64,000 nt of DNA from Histomonas meleagridis 2922-C6/04-290x (GCA_020184695.1 JAANOX010000048.1:24598-88597), one strand, 5' to 3'. Positions 1 through 10,099 are shown, counted from the first letter of the stretch. The notes: a model not told the origin generated them from the sequence alone. Numbers and translations: made by a program.

Positions 1-315
1 ATAAAACAAACATGGGAATGTGTTTTGTGATGGAATAAGGTTGTAGGTGCTAAATTGAAGTGATTCTGTGATGGGTAAATTTATCACATTTTTCGAGATT
101 TCTCCGTTAAGACTAATGATACCTCTAGATGTGTTGGGGTCGTTCTGGAGGTGTTCCTGTTGTGTTCTGTATAGCCTATCGATGATTTCTGGAGAAATTA
201 TCTCGAAATTATTTATCTCCGAAAAAATTTTTTCCGTCCAAAAAAAATTCTTAATAAGGTTATCAGGGGTGCTGATTACGGTAGTATCATTATCTCGACT
301 TAAAATTGCTTGCAT
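1..315 (-). CDS. Hypothetical protein, 5' part only (runs off window start)
   Basis: ATG at 315-313 opens 105 stop-free codons to position 1 (MQAILSRDNDTTVISTPDNLIKNFFWTEK...). Missing from the ORF track because no stop lies in the window; the + strand 68..319 ORF is its antisense shadow. Confidence 0.6.
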   Translation of the reverse strand, partial: MQAILSRDNDTTVISTPDNLIKNFFWTEKIFSEINNFEIISPEIIDRLYRTQQEHLQNDPNTSRGIISLNGEISKNVINLPITESLQFSTYNLIPSQNTFPCLFY

Positions 316-332
316 ATAAAAAATCAAAAAAA

Positions 333-405
333 TGTACCACCCAGGACTCGAACCTGGAATCTCATGCTCCGTAGGCACACGCCTTATCCATTGGGCCAGT
401 GGTAC
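333..405 (-). tRNA. tRNA-Arg(ACG)
   Basis: Reverse complement folds as GTACCAC TG GCCC AATGGATA AGGC G TGTGC CT-ACG-GA GCATG AGATT CCAGG TTCGAGT CCTGG GTGGTAC A. It has 73 nt, A20 (Arg identity element) and a T7 terminator directly after. Confidence 0.95.
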
Positions 406-540
406 TTCTGATAACAATTTAATTTGATTTATAAAAGTATCTATGCCTAACATTTTAGTTAAATCTTAATTTATTAAGTGCTCAGCAAACAGCAAATAAA
501 AACAAAAAATAGATAAGTTAATGAAAAAGCTATTTACAAT

Positions 541-1584
541 TTAAAAATCCAAGGTGAAATCTAATGATTGTATTATGCCGAACAATTGATCCTCAGTTAA
601 GTCAAATTGAGGATGAATCATTGAGTTCTTTGGTGAATCAGAGGTGAGTAGCCATGTTGGTGAATCTATTCTTGTCTTGTTGTATTCTTCTTCTCCCTTT
701 GGCTTAAACTCTTTAAATTCTATTGAACAATCTTGTGTAACAATTGCTACAGATGCGTAATTATTAATACCGCAATAATCCGAGTTTGAGAATATTGTGA
801 TACAGTTTCCTTCCTCTCCAAAAGGATATTCGTATCCAAATTGGCAATATTCGTGAGACCTTATTAATTTGGAAAGATTATTGGAATCCAAAAAAGACTT
901 TAAATTGGCCGCGTTGAAAAAGCAGCCAGCTCCTCTGTCATTAGGTTTGAAATCTTCAATGTCCATTCTTGGATCACTCCATAATATTCCATTTGATATG
1001 GGTGAATCAGATATGAGCATAGGTCGAGTTAAGCTCTCTATGTCTTCTAATGTTGTTAGCTCGGGTGTAATTCCGCCATGAACGCAAAAAATTGAGTTAT
1101 TAACAACAGCTGCAAATGGCATATAGCTAAAGCAATTAATAAACATTTCATATATTTCCGTAGACAGCTTAGTCTCGCATTCTTGCTTAAAGCCAAAAAT
1201 TGATGTTAATTCTTCACATTCATGATTTCCCCTCAAAATATAGATATTTTGTGGGTAAAGAACCTTAAGAGAAAACAACAGTAAAAGTACCTCAACACTA
1301 CATGCTCCTCTATCGACATAGTCCCCTAAAAATAGGAAATTCTGTTCTGGCGGATAATTGCATGTCTGTAAAATCCGAATGAGATCATCAACATTACCAT
1401 GGATGTCTCCAACGATGGTGATTTCTCCATTTATTCTTAAAAGGCTTTTCTCATTTTTGAAGATTTCTTGGACGTTTTCGATCAATTGGGTGATAGTCGA
1501 CTGTAATGGCAGAGCTTCTTCAGAGTTTGGGTGGCGTGAGTTTAATATTTTCGAAACGACTTCGTCGAGTTCGTTGCGGTCCAT
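541..1584 (-). CDS. Ser/Thr protein phosphatase, PPP family (PP1/PP2A-like)
   Basis: Motifs GDIHG, GDYVDRG, LRGNHE, HGG, LWSDP, RSHE are present. First ATG is 1584 (MDRNELDE); the track start uses TTG. Confidence 0.93.
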   Translation of the reverse strand: MDRNELDEVVSKILNSRHPNSEEALPLQSTITQLIENVQEIFKNEKSLLRINGEITIVGDIHGNVDDLIRILQTCNYPPEQNFLFLGDYVDRGACSVEVLLLLFSLKVLYPQNIYILRGNHECEELTSIFGFKQECETKLSTEIYEMFINCFSYMPFAAVVNNSIFCVHGGITPELTTLEDIESLTRPMLISDSPISNGILWSDPRMDIEDFKPNDRGAGCFFNAANLKSFLDSNNLSKLIRSHEYCQFGYEYPFGEEGNCITIFSNSDYCGINNYASVAIVTQDCSIEFKEFKPKGEEEYNKTRIDSPTWLLTSDSPKNSMIHPQFDLTEDQLFGIIQSLDFTLDF

Positions 1585-2470
1585 CCCAAACAAAATCTGA
1601 CAAACCGTAAATTCTATTCATTGCACTTGCCGATTAATTGTGACTGAAGATCAAACAAACTTCGTAAAACGAAATTGAGAGAATAAATGGTTTCATAAAA
1701 TCTATCTCAAGGGTACATTCGCACGCAATTCCATTGAATGAGTATATAACTTATTTTTATCACAAAACTCTAGTTATTCCCTTGTTAAGGCTTAAGCCTT
1801 AAACCCAAAATTTGATCAAATAAAATACATTTTACTTATTGTGCTATTCTTTTTTTCGACAGATAATTTAAATGAACTTAAACCTGATACCTTTATGTAG
1901 TGGTGGGCACATATACTTTATGTCTTGCTTAATGAATATAAATTCTTCAAATAACAATGGCAAATTTTCTTCAATTCTTTATTTCAACTAAATTAAGGCT
2001 AAATTTGAGACCCCAACAACAATGGTATAATATTCACCATGCAAAAACATTAAAATTCAATTTTTATAAATTAATGAAAATTAGCAAAATATTTTATTAA
2101 GGCAAATACAAACACAAGCTAGCTAATGCCACAAACTTTTGGTGAATTTATTATGGAAGAATTCTATGTTTTGAAAAATACTATATATATGTATAATATT
2201 AAATGAACGAATTCACTTTTTTCGTAACTACTTGAACAACCGCTCACGCTGTACTTGTGTTTAAATTTAAACAAAACTAATTATAAAGAAACAAATCGAA
2301 TCAAGAATCAATCAAAATTTTAAATTAAAATGAATTGAAATATATAATGTCCTAGATGTGGTTAATCTGTTATTAAAGACTATTTCTTTTATTTCATGAA
2401 ATTTCCGTTTGGCGCTACCAGACGAATTCTTGCAAGAATTGTCACTTTTCAAGATCACCAACTTTGGAAA

Positions 2471-3049
2471 ATGGATACTTTTATGTTTGTTGATCCTGAA
2501 GAATTCGAAGAGGAAGAAGAAATTGGTGAAGAGTACACACAAGTGCTTTTAATGGGATTAGATGGATCAGGAAAAACAAGTGTATTCAAAAATTTTGTTT
2601 ATAATGATTTCTTCTCCAAACCAGAATCAACTGGAATGAGAGGACATTTCAGATTCAATTATAAAGGGCATAACATATTTATACAAGAGTTGGGAGGAAG
2701 GTTTAGGTATCATGAATTTTGGGAAAAATATTATAATTCAAAGCGTGCTTTAATATGGGTTGTTGACTCTATTGACAGAGGTCGAGTAACAGAATCAAAA
2801 GAGAAATTAGATGAAATTCTAGGTGATAAACGTTTAGGCTCAATTCCAATTCTTTTGATTTTTAACAAACAAGATGGGAAGTACAAAATGACTGATGAAC
2901 TTCTAGATGAAAAATTTCCAGTAAATCACTTTCAAGACAAAAAGATTAAGATGATAAAAACAAACTTTATAACACTCGAAAATATGAATGAAGGATTCGA
3001 TTGGCTTATTGAGCAAATGGATAGTCCAATACAGAATAGTAATGAATAA
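2471..3049 (+). CDS. Arf/Arl-family small GTPase, divergent
   Basis: G1 GLDGSGKTS, WVVDSIDRGR, G4 NKQD; G3 reads ELGGR. ATG 2471 follows an Inr-like TCACTTTT. Confidence 0.8.
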   Translation: MDTFMFVDPEEFEEEEEIGEEYTQVLLMGLDGSGKTSVFKNFVYNDFFSKPESTGMRGHFRFNYKGHNIFIQELGGRFRYHEFWEKYYNSKRALIWVVDSIDRGRVTESKEKLDEILGDKRLGSIPILLIFNKQDGKYKMTDELLDEKFPVNHFQDKKIKMIKTNFITLENMNEGFDWLIEQMDSPIQNSNE

Positions 3050-3117
3050 ATATTATTTCAAAGGAATTTTCATTTAACAGAACATGTTAAAAAATTGACT
3101 TATTTCTGTTCTTTGGT

Positions 3118-3459
3118 ATGAGTGGGAATTTAACAGTTTATCTCTTTGTCAAAGGAAAAGTACAAAATGTTATGTTTAGGCAGACGATTATGAGAGGATC
3201 TATAAGTCGTGGTGTTGTTGCTGGTGCAACAAATAATAGGCAAGATAGACAAAGAGTTGATATTACACTTGAAGGTCCTGAAGACAAAGTAAATGAAATT
3301 ATTGAAGGATTACGGTCAGGCAAGAAACTAAATTCTTGGGGAGCGCATTGTACTTCTGTCGAGATATTAACATCCGGAAAAAAGCCATTAGAGCATGAAG
3401 TTAACACATCAAATGTTGACAATATCAAGTGGAAAAAAGGTGTAGAATTTTATTTATAA
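3118..3459 (+). CDS. Acylphosphatase-family protein
   Basis: VKGKVQNVMFRQ resembles the acylphosphatase phosphate loop (GRVQGVGFR); also GATNN and VDITLEG; 113 aa. Confidence 0.75.
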   Translation: MSGNLTVYLFVKGKVQNVMFRQTIMRGSISRGVVAGATNNRQDRQRVDITLEGPEDKVNEIIEGLRSGKKLNSWGAHCTSVEILTSGKKPLEHEVNTSNVDNIKWKKGVEFYL

Positions 3460-3700
3460 GTAAAAAATCTGCTGTTTTAAAGAATTGATACTTTATACTT
3501 TACAAAGCGACACATCCAGTCATTGCGTAATTTCCAAATTATTAAATCATTGAAACTTTACATTTAAGTAACACATGAGTTAGAAGATCAATTAAAAAAG
3601 AATTAGCAACGATAAAGTCAAATGAATTAAAAATCATCGTATTCAAATTCAAAAACTGAAACAAAGAATTAAAAGATAAAGTAAAAAAAGGTTGCACAAT

Positions 3701-4645
3701 TTATGCCAAAACCAAAAGGGCATCAGAGGCAACACCGCATTGATTGTTCTTGTTACGGCTCATACGGATGTAACCATTTTCACCCCATGATGTACCCCAT
3801 GAGTTACGGACAATCCAGTAGTCAACACCATTGTCGGTACCATAACCAACGCAACCAACGGCATGGTTAAGGTTGTATGATGAGCATCTTGAGTCATTGT
3901 AAACACCAGATGTGTAAAGTTGGAATGAGTATGATGAAGCATCGATAGCAATATCGCAAACACCACGTGTAAGAAGTTCGGCTAAGTAATCTTCATCACC
4001 TTCGATACCATGTTCGTAGCTCTTGATTTGGATGACCTTCTTGGAAGCATCAAATTTGCAAGAGCCTTCATATGCCTTGTATGGATAGTCATCTTCTGCC
4101 ATTAAGTAACCACTTTGTTTTTTAAGGATGTAATCTAATGCGCTTGATTCAAGACCACCATTGCAGCCAGAGCAGCTTGTAACGCAATCAACAAGGTTTT
4201 GTTCAGAGCATGAGTAAAGCTTTCCTGTAGCAAGAGCATAAGCAGATTCGCAAGCTTGAACTGTACCGAAAGCCCAGCATGAACCACATTGACCTTGATC
4301 CTTAACTTCGTTAACAATTTTCTTTTGACGCCAATCAACTGATTCGTCAGCCTTGACCTTGTTAAGTTTCTTGACTGTGTTTCTGTTTTCACCGTTTGGC
4401 TTATGACCGAGGAGTGAAAGGTATTCTGCGTGTGTTAAAGCAGCAAACTTGTTTAATGAAACCTTGAATGTTGATGCTTGGTTGTGTTCTTGAACAAAGC
4501 GTGAGTTAGCAAGATAAATACCTAATCTCATCTTGTATTCGTCACCAGTGTAAAGGGTGTTTGAAGAACGCATCCATGAAAGGAATGACTTTTCTTCGTG
4601 GCTTTTGATTGTAACTGCAGAAGCAAGTGCAATGAAAGCAAACAT
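3701..4645 (-). CDS. Cathepsin L-like cysteine peptidase (papain family C1A)
   Basis: QGQCGSCWAF (catalytic Cys), LNHAV (His), VRNSWG (Asn) and an ERFNIN-like prodomain (EYKMRLGIYLANSRFVQEHN). Signal-peptide-like start MFAFIALASA at ATG 4645. Confidence 0.95.
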   Translation of the reverse strand: MFAFIALASAVTIKSHEEKSFLSWMRSSNTLYTGDEYKMRLGIYLANSRFVQEHNQASTFKVSLNKFAALTHAEYLSLLGHKPNGENRNTVKKLNKVKADESVDWRQKKIVNEVKDQGQCGSCWAFGTVQACESAYALATGKLYSCSEQNLVDCVTSCSGCNGGLESSALDYILKKQSGYLMAEDDYPYKAYEGSCKFDASKKVIQIKSYEHGIEGDEDYLAELLTRGVCDIAIDASSYSFQLYTSGVYNDSRCSSYNLNHAVGCVGYGTDNGVDYWIVRNSWGTSWGENGYIRMSRNKNNQCGVASDALLVLA

Positions 4646-4893
4646 TTTTTTGAAGTGCAAACCCATACAACCGACATATTCAATTTTCACAGCATCGGTT
4701 GAAAATTTGAAAAGATCACCTCATTCAAAATTGAATACAAAAACAGTGCTTTTAGTGTGGTAAGAGAAAAGCGCCTGACTTCACTTTCTCCACTTTTTGA
4801 ATGATCTCATAGAATAAATTCTATTTGTTAATAGAAAAAAATATCATACGAACTTTTTGAATTGCATTTACGACAGGGGGCCCCGAAATGATC

Positions 4894-5101
4894 GCCGATA
4901 CCACTTTTTGAGTGCCCTCAAAAAGTGGTATCGGCCCGTCCGTGCCTGTGAACGACTATTAATCCTGCTTGTAGTCGCAACTTTTTAATGATACTAAGCG
5001 AATATATTATATGTGTGCATCGAAATTTAAAAAAATTGAATGGTTTACAAAACATACCGATACCACTTTTTTTGAATGTTTTATTCAAAAAGTGGTATCG
5101 G
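4894..5101. repeat. Two related palindromes inside the transposon
   Basis: GCCGATACCACTTTTTGAG-TGCC-CTCAAAAAGTGGTATCGGC (4894-4935, perfect 19-bp arms) and CCGATACCACTTTTTTTGAAT-GTTTT-ATTCAAAAAGTGGTATCGG (5057-5101). Confidence 0.9.
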
Positions 5102-5278
5102 CATATATTGATAATAGAAGAAAAATACCAATATATTAATATATAGTTGCACGAGCTAGCTGGATGCGTCCAGTTCGATTAAGCACATGAAAATTAAGCA
5201 ATCGTTGTTCATATCAGTACTAGGCTTATATAATATAAGTAAACATAAAAATAATAATAAAAATCAAATGAGATGGAA

Positions 5279-6190
5279 TTATTTAATCATTTCAATGCAA
5301 GCATCAGTTTGACCTGTATACCTATCCATTGTGCGCCATGCTTCATAGGGTGTTAAGGATTGGTGAGTGAGTTTTCTCAAACTTCGATGCGTCCAAAAAT
5401 AATTATATTCATGAATTATGCTATTAATCTTAGGAATGCTCCATGCAACATTTGGTCCTTTGGCACGTTCAATCGTCAACCAAAAACGTTCTATCTTACC
5501 ATTCTCCTCTGGAGTATAGGGGTGAGTACGGTAATCTTCAATACCATAAAGCTGGAGTATAAATTGAAATGGATTGCCGGTAAATTCTCCCCCATTATCA
5601 ATAGTCAGCATTTTAGGTCGATGTACAACAGAACCTAGAGCTTTAATAAGCGCCGTGGCACAAGCTTCAGAAGTCTTACTTGATAGGACTTCATAATAGA
5701 TCAGGAAGCGAGAACGATCATCAATGAATTCAAGGAGATAAAATCGTTCTCCTTCAATGGTAACATAGTGAATATCTGCATGCCATAACTGATTAGCATA
5801 TTTTGCAACGAAAAGACGGAGATGTTCTTTGGGGAGCTTTTCAGGTTTCTTGTAACAAAGCAGTTTCTGTTCAGTAAATATCTTCCTAACTGACCACTCA
5901 GTAGTTGCAATGTTATGTCGCTTAGCAGACTCAGCAGTTCGTTGGTAGCCAACATGGTATTTGTCTTTGTAGTCGAGGCAAAAATTAACTTCCTCTTCTT
6001 TGATTTCCTTTGACGGTCTCCCTCGGCTAGGAATTGCTATCCCCTCGAGTTTGCAAATTGCATGGATCTTCTCTCGACTGATATGGAATATTTTCCGTGT
6101 ATCTTCGACTCCATTGTCATTAATTGATTGACGGAATGCTTGGATATCGATGCCATTTCTCGGATCGTCGTTACTTGAGTTCTTCTTCAT
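5279..6190 (-). CDS. DDE transposase, IS481/IS3 (rve integrase core) type
   Basis: LWHADIHY (D), MLTIDNGGEF (D), HPYTPEENGKIERFW (E); N-terminal HTH-like region with RGRP. Likely start MKKNSS at 6190; track start is 6244. Confidence 0.92.
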   Translation of the reverse strand: MKKNSSNDDPRNGIDIQAFRQSINDNGVEDTRKIFHISREKIHAICKLEGIAIPSRGRPSKEIKEEEVNFCLDYKDKYHVGYQRTAESAKRHNIATTEWSVRKIFTEQKLLCYKKPEKLPKEHLRLFVAKYANQLWHADIHYVTIEGERFYLLEFIDDRSRFLIYYEVLSSKTSEACATALIKALGSVVHRPKMLTIDNGGEFTGNPFQFILQLYGIEDYRTHPYTPEENGKIERFWLTIERAKGPNVAWSIPKINSIIHEYNYFWTHRSLRKLTHQSLTPYEAWRTMDRYTGQTDACIEMIK

Positions 6191-6617
6191 TGAAAAAATA
6201 AACCATTGAAAAAGTGGAAACGATACAATGGGGCACCCCCTCATATAAACAACAAGAAAGTGACGGAATAAACTTTTGAATTCTCATATACAAACAATTC
6301 TATGAGTTCCATCAAAAAGTGAAGGGAATTAAAAATTCAGTACAAAGTTCACTTTTTGATAAATCTCATATGAAATTTTCTTTTACTCGTTGTAAAATCC
6401 ACTTTTTGAATCATCTCATACAAACAATTCTATGAGTTCATTCAAAAAGTGGAGAAAGTGAAGTCAGGCGCTTTTTCTCTTGCAACAAAACAGTGCTTTT
6501 AGAACGCAATACATCGCCACTTTTTAAAATTGAATGAAAAGTAAAATCATGGCACTTTTCTTTCATCGAAACAGTTCAAACATAAAAAAAATTTAAATTT
6601 CGAATATATATAAACAT

Positions 6618-8402
6618 TTATTCACTATTTGCAACAATTTTCTCGAACAAAAAGGTTTTTGCTAATGATTCAGAGCTATATTCACTTTTTTCAAGTTCGT
6701 TATCTGGTATTTTACTAATTTTTAATATTGCTTCTTTTATTTCATCAAATGATTTTTGATCCATTCCTTTTGGTTTTTTTCTATATTCTGCAATCCATGC
6801 TGTTTGTAATAAGCTATGAAGGTAATTCGGGTAATGATTAAAATCACCATCTGTTGAATATGTTATAATTTTATTAATTTCTTCGAACACTGTTCTTGGG
6901 TTTAGAAGTCGTTCAATTGATTTTTGTAAATCATTCACTTTATTTTTCTCTTTTGAAAGGAATTCAGGAAGTCTATATTCTGAATGAAAAACATTTAAAT
7001 TATTTCTAATTTCATCTAAAAACTTATCTTCGAAATCATCTGGAGGTTGTTGTAAATAATTTTGTATTTGTGAAACTATCATTCTTAATTTCTGTCCTTG
7101 AGCCTCAGCTACATTTGCAGCCAAAGCTTTCAGTATTACAGAAGACGGCAAATATTCAAACATATTTGAGATAAGTGACAACAATTTATTAAATGCATCG
7201 AATGATTTATCAGCACTTAAAAATATTTCTCCACTTAAAATGGAGAAGCAAACAGAAAAACAATTATAAATAACGTCAATGTTTGGCTCAAAATAAAATG
7301 GAAGTATTGATTCAATACATGAAACAGCTTTAACAAGAACAATTGAAGATGTATTAAATCGTATCATTATCGAAACTATGTTTTTAACGAAATCTGGAAT
7401 ATAAGAAAGTTGTGCTTGACTTTCTAATGTTTCTGTGTATTCTCTAAGAGATTTAATTGCTTCGTTTTCTTCGGGTATATCTGAAGTAAGTGTTAAAATA
7501 TCGATTTCATTTAGTTCGGGATCTTTTCCCATTATGCGTAATACTTCGACTGAAAGATTTGATATACTTTTGTTTCGATGATATACACCTGTTTGAAGTC
7601 TATTACATATACTGTTCTCTAATGTCGCAAGTTTGCATAATGAATTAACGACTAATTTATGTATTGATTTGGAGTAATCACATATATGTATAAGAACGGC
7701 AAATAATATATTGGATTCTTGTTTATGAATATGCCCAAGTTCAAGAAATTTTTCAAGAAATATGAGGGCATTGTAAATGGATTCTTCATTGGAAAGTGTT
7801 ATAATAAGTGAAACATATAAAAGAAAAAAATCTGAATTAGTTATAACTTTTTTTCGATCATTTTTTAGCATTAATGTAAGTGCTTGAAATGCTTTTTGAA
7901 ATGAAAAGTCATCATTCGAAATATCAGTTTCAATAATTAACTCAGGAACAAATGATGACTGTTTGTGTATAGGAATTGAGCTATTTGTGCTTATAACAGA
8001 ACTTTTGGATTTGGTACTACTAATTGATAATCGTGATATTTGATGTGTGGTGAAATATGATGGAAATAATAAATTGTAAACAGAAAATGAAAAAAGATCA
8101 CTCGCTATTTTCTTGGTATATGTGTAAAGAGCTTGAATTTGAGAATCATTTCCAAATATTTTGGGTCTTCCTTTTAACTCAATTGGAAGATATCTTGGAG
8201 AAGAAAAATTTTGCTTAAAGGTAGATGTGGCTAATTTAGTTTTAGCTGATATTTCTGGAAGATTGTTCACATTTTCTGATTTTGATTTCAATTTTGCTTC
8301 AATTGAAGTTTTTGCATTTCCATTTTTTCTTTGTGCTAATTTTGATACTGTTCCTCTCTGTGGAATCATAGAACGACTTTTATTCGTCTTTATTTTATCC
8401 AT
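6618..8402 (-). CDS. HEAT-repeat protein resembling the C-terminal half (TOG5/CTD) of XMAP215/ch-TOG
   Basis: 594-aa ORF with a basic N-terminus. DFSFQKAFQAL...VITNSDFFLLYVSL...NALIFLEKFL...HIHKQESNILF resembles the ch-TOG TOG5 segment (recalled alignment). Confidence 0.5.
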   Translation of the reverse strand: MDKIKTNKSRSMIPQRGTVSKLAQRKNGNAKTSIEAKLKSKSENVNNLPEISAKTKLATSTFKQNFSSPRYLPIELKGRPKIFGNDSQIQALYTYTKKIASDLFSFSVYNLLFPSYFTTHQISRLSISSTKSKSSVISTNSSIPIHKQSSFVPELIIETDISNDDFSFQKAFQALTLMLKNDRKKVITNSDFFLLYVSLIITLSNEESIYNALIFLEKFLELGHIHKQESNILFAVLIHICDYSKSIHKLVVNSLCKLATLENSICNRLQTGVYHRNKSISNLSVEVLRIMGKDPELNEIDILTLTSDIPEENEAIKSLREYTETLESQAQLSYIPDFVKNIVSIMIRFNTSSIVLVKAVSCIESILPFYFEPNIDVIYNCFSVCFSILSGEIFLSADKSFDAFNKLLSLISNMFEYLPSSVILKALAANVAEAQGQKLRMIVSQIQNYLQQPPDDFEDKFLDEIRNNLNVFHSEYRLPEFLSKEKNKVNDLQKSIERLLNPRTVFEEINKIITYSTDGDFNHYPNYLHSLLQTAWIAEYRKKPKGMDQKSFDEIKEAILKISKIPDNELEKSEYSSESLAKTFLFEKIVANSE

Positions 8403-10099
8403 AAAAATTCTTCCGTACGTTTAAAATGAGAAAGTGAAACGTTAGAGTGCCACACCCCGCGGCAAAAAGTGAAGAATCCGATTAAAAATGATCTAAAAAG
8501 TTAAATTGACGGCCAATAATAAAAAGGAAATATCTTTATCATTTCGAATAATAAACTAATATTGATGGCAAAAATGGTTATTTATTTTATTCGTTGATTT
8601 AAATATAATTTTTATATATTGAGAAATAAATTTTCAAATGAAAAAAGAAGATACGAACTTGTTCTATTATTGATGTGTTCGGAATTATTTTTTTTAGCTG
8701 AATAACAAAACGACATCCCTAATTATATAATTATCTTAAAAATATAACAAAAATATTTTAACATATCTTGCAATGTTTAAAAATCTTATACCAACATATT
8801 GCCAGAGTAAAAAAGGATTGAAGTCTCATATCTGGACTTCTAGTGAATAAATGATATTTTTAAAAACATTGTTTTATTATAGAAGATGTATGTACTAATA
8901 AACTATAATTCCTTGTCGGTGAAGATATAATTTTGCTTGAAATTTTGGGCACCATCACAAAAATTCTGGCTGCATTCTCGTAAAAATTTGTAATTAAATA
9001 TTTCTTCCTTATATAATTATGCATACCACATTGAAGAATGCACTTAAATATAATATTATAAGCCTGAGAACTTCTAAGGAGATTTGTAAAAAATTCGAAA
9101 AAGTAGATTTATCATGCCTATCCAGGAATTTAATTGTACAAACAACTTTAACTTAATTGAGCTAGTTACTTAGATCCTTGAGAAATATTCATCCTTAATT
9201 ATCAAATGCATCTCAATGTAATACAAGGTAACACGTCAAATAATATTAAAATTTTTTAAATATGATCTGTATTTAAGAAAATATGTCTCAAAGTGGATCC
9301 CATAAGAGTTAATAGGAATTAGGGGAAATTTCCTAAATGAAATGATATAACATTCGAATAGCTTTTTAGAAATCCTGAAGAAAGTTACTTAAGAATTTGA
9401 AGAATTTTATTAATATAATAACAAGTGATCGACCATTGTTGTATTTATGGTATGAAAGTTTTACATATTTACTTTATCAGCTGATAAAGTTCTAATACAT
9501 AACTCAATGTCAATTTTATCTAAAAATTTATGATGTAACATTCTTCTAAAAGTACATAAATATAATCAACAACATTTATTTGATAAATTACTACCTGAAA
9601 TTTAATTTATTACTGATAAAATATAGGGTAAACTGGATTTGGAAAATATGGATATGAATTCATATCGAAAATTGCAACCAATAAATTGACGATTTCAAAA
9701 GATAGAAAAGTTCCTCAATCACACTATTCAATTGACATCACAAGATCTTGTGATTTTTGATTATTTGGAAAAGTATAAAAAATATATAAAGATAAAAGAT
9801 GAACATGACACAAAAACATGCATTTTCGTCGTTAAAAAGCAAAAAGTCTTTGAGAGCCTTAAAATGACTTTAAATAATGAATGGAAAATTTAATCCATAT
9901 TATTAAGCACAGTAAAGAAACACTTTACTAAAGAAAAATCAGGATAAATTTCCTTCCATTGATTGATCGGAGGTTCCAATCATTGTTTTTCTGATAAACA
10001 AAAGATTCCGATCATATTTATTTCGATATCAACAAAATTCTTTTTCATTAATTTCAAATATTTTTTATTTATTTAATTTCAGAACACATCGAATTCATT

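Larger units (their letters stand above)
4756..6487 (-). mobile_element. Complete IS481-like eukaryotic DNA transposon (IS481EU type), 1732 bp
   Basis: 5'-TGT...ACA-3' ends. TIRs are 4756-4815 and 6427-6487 (3 mismatches and 1 indel). Identical 15-bp flanking direct repeat AAACAGTGCTTTTAG at 4741-4755 and 6488-6502. Single rve-type transposase inside. Confidence 0.93.

Noticed and set aside
1785-1802. Perfect 18-bp palindrome TTAAGGCTTAAGCCTTAA
   Set aside because: Isolated, with no associated element or repeat, so no function can be supported.
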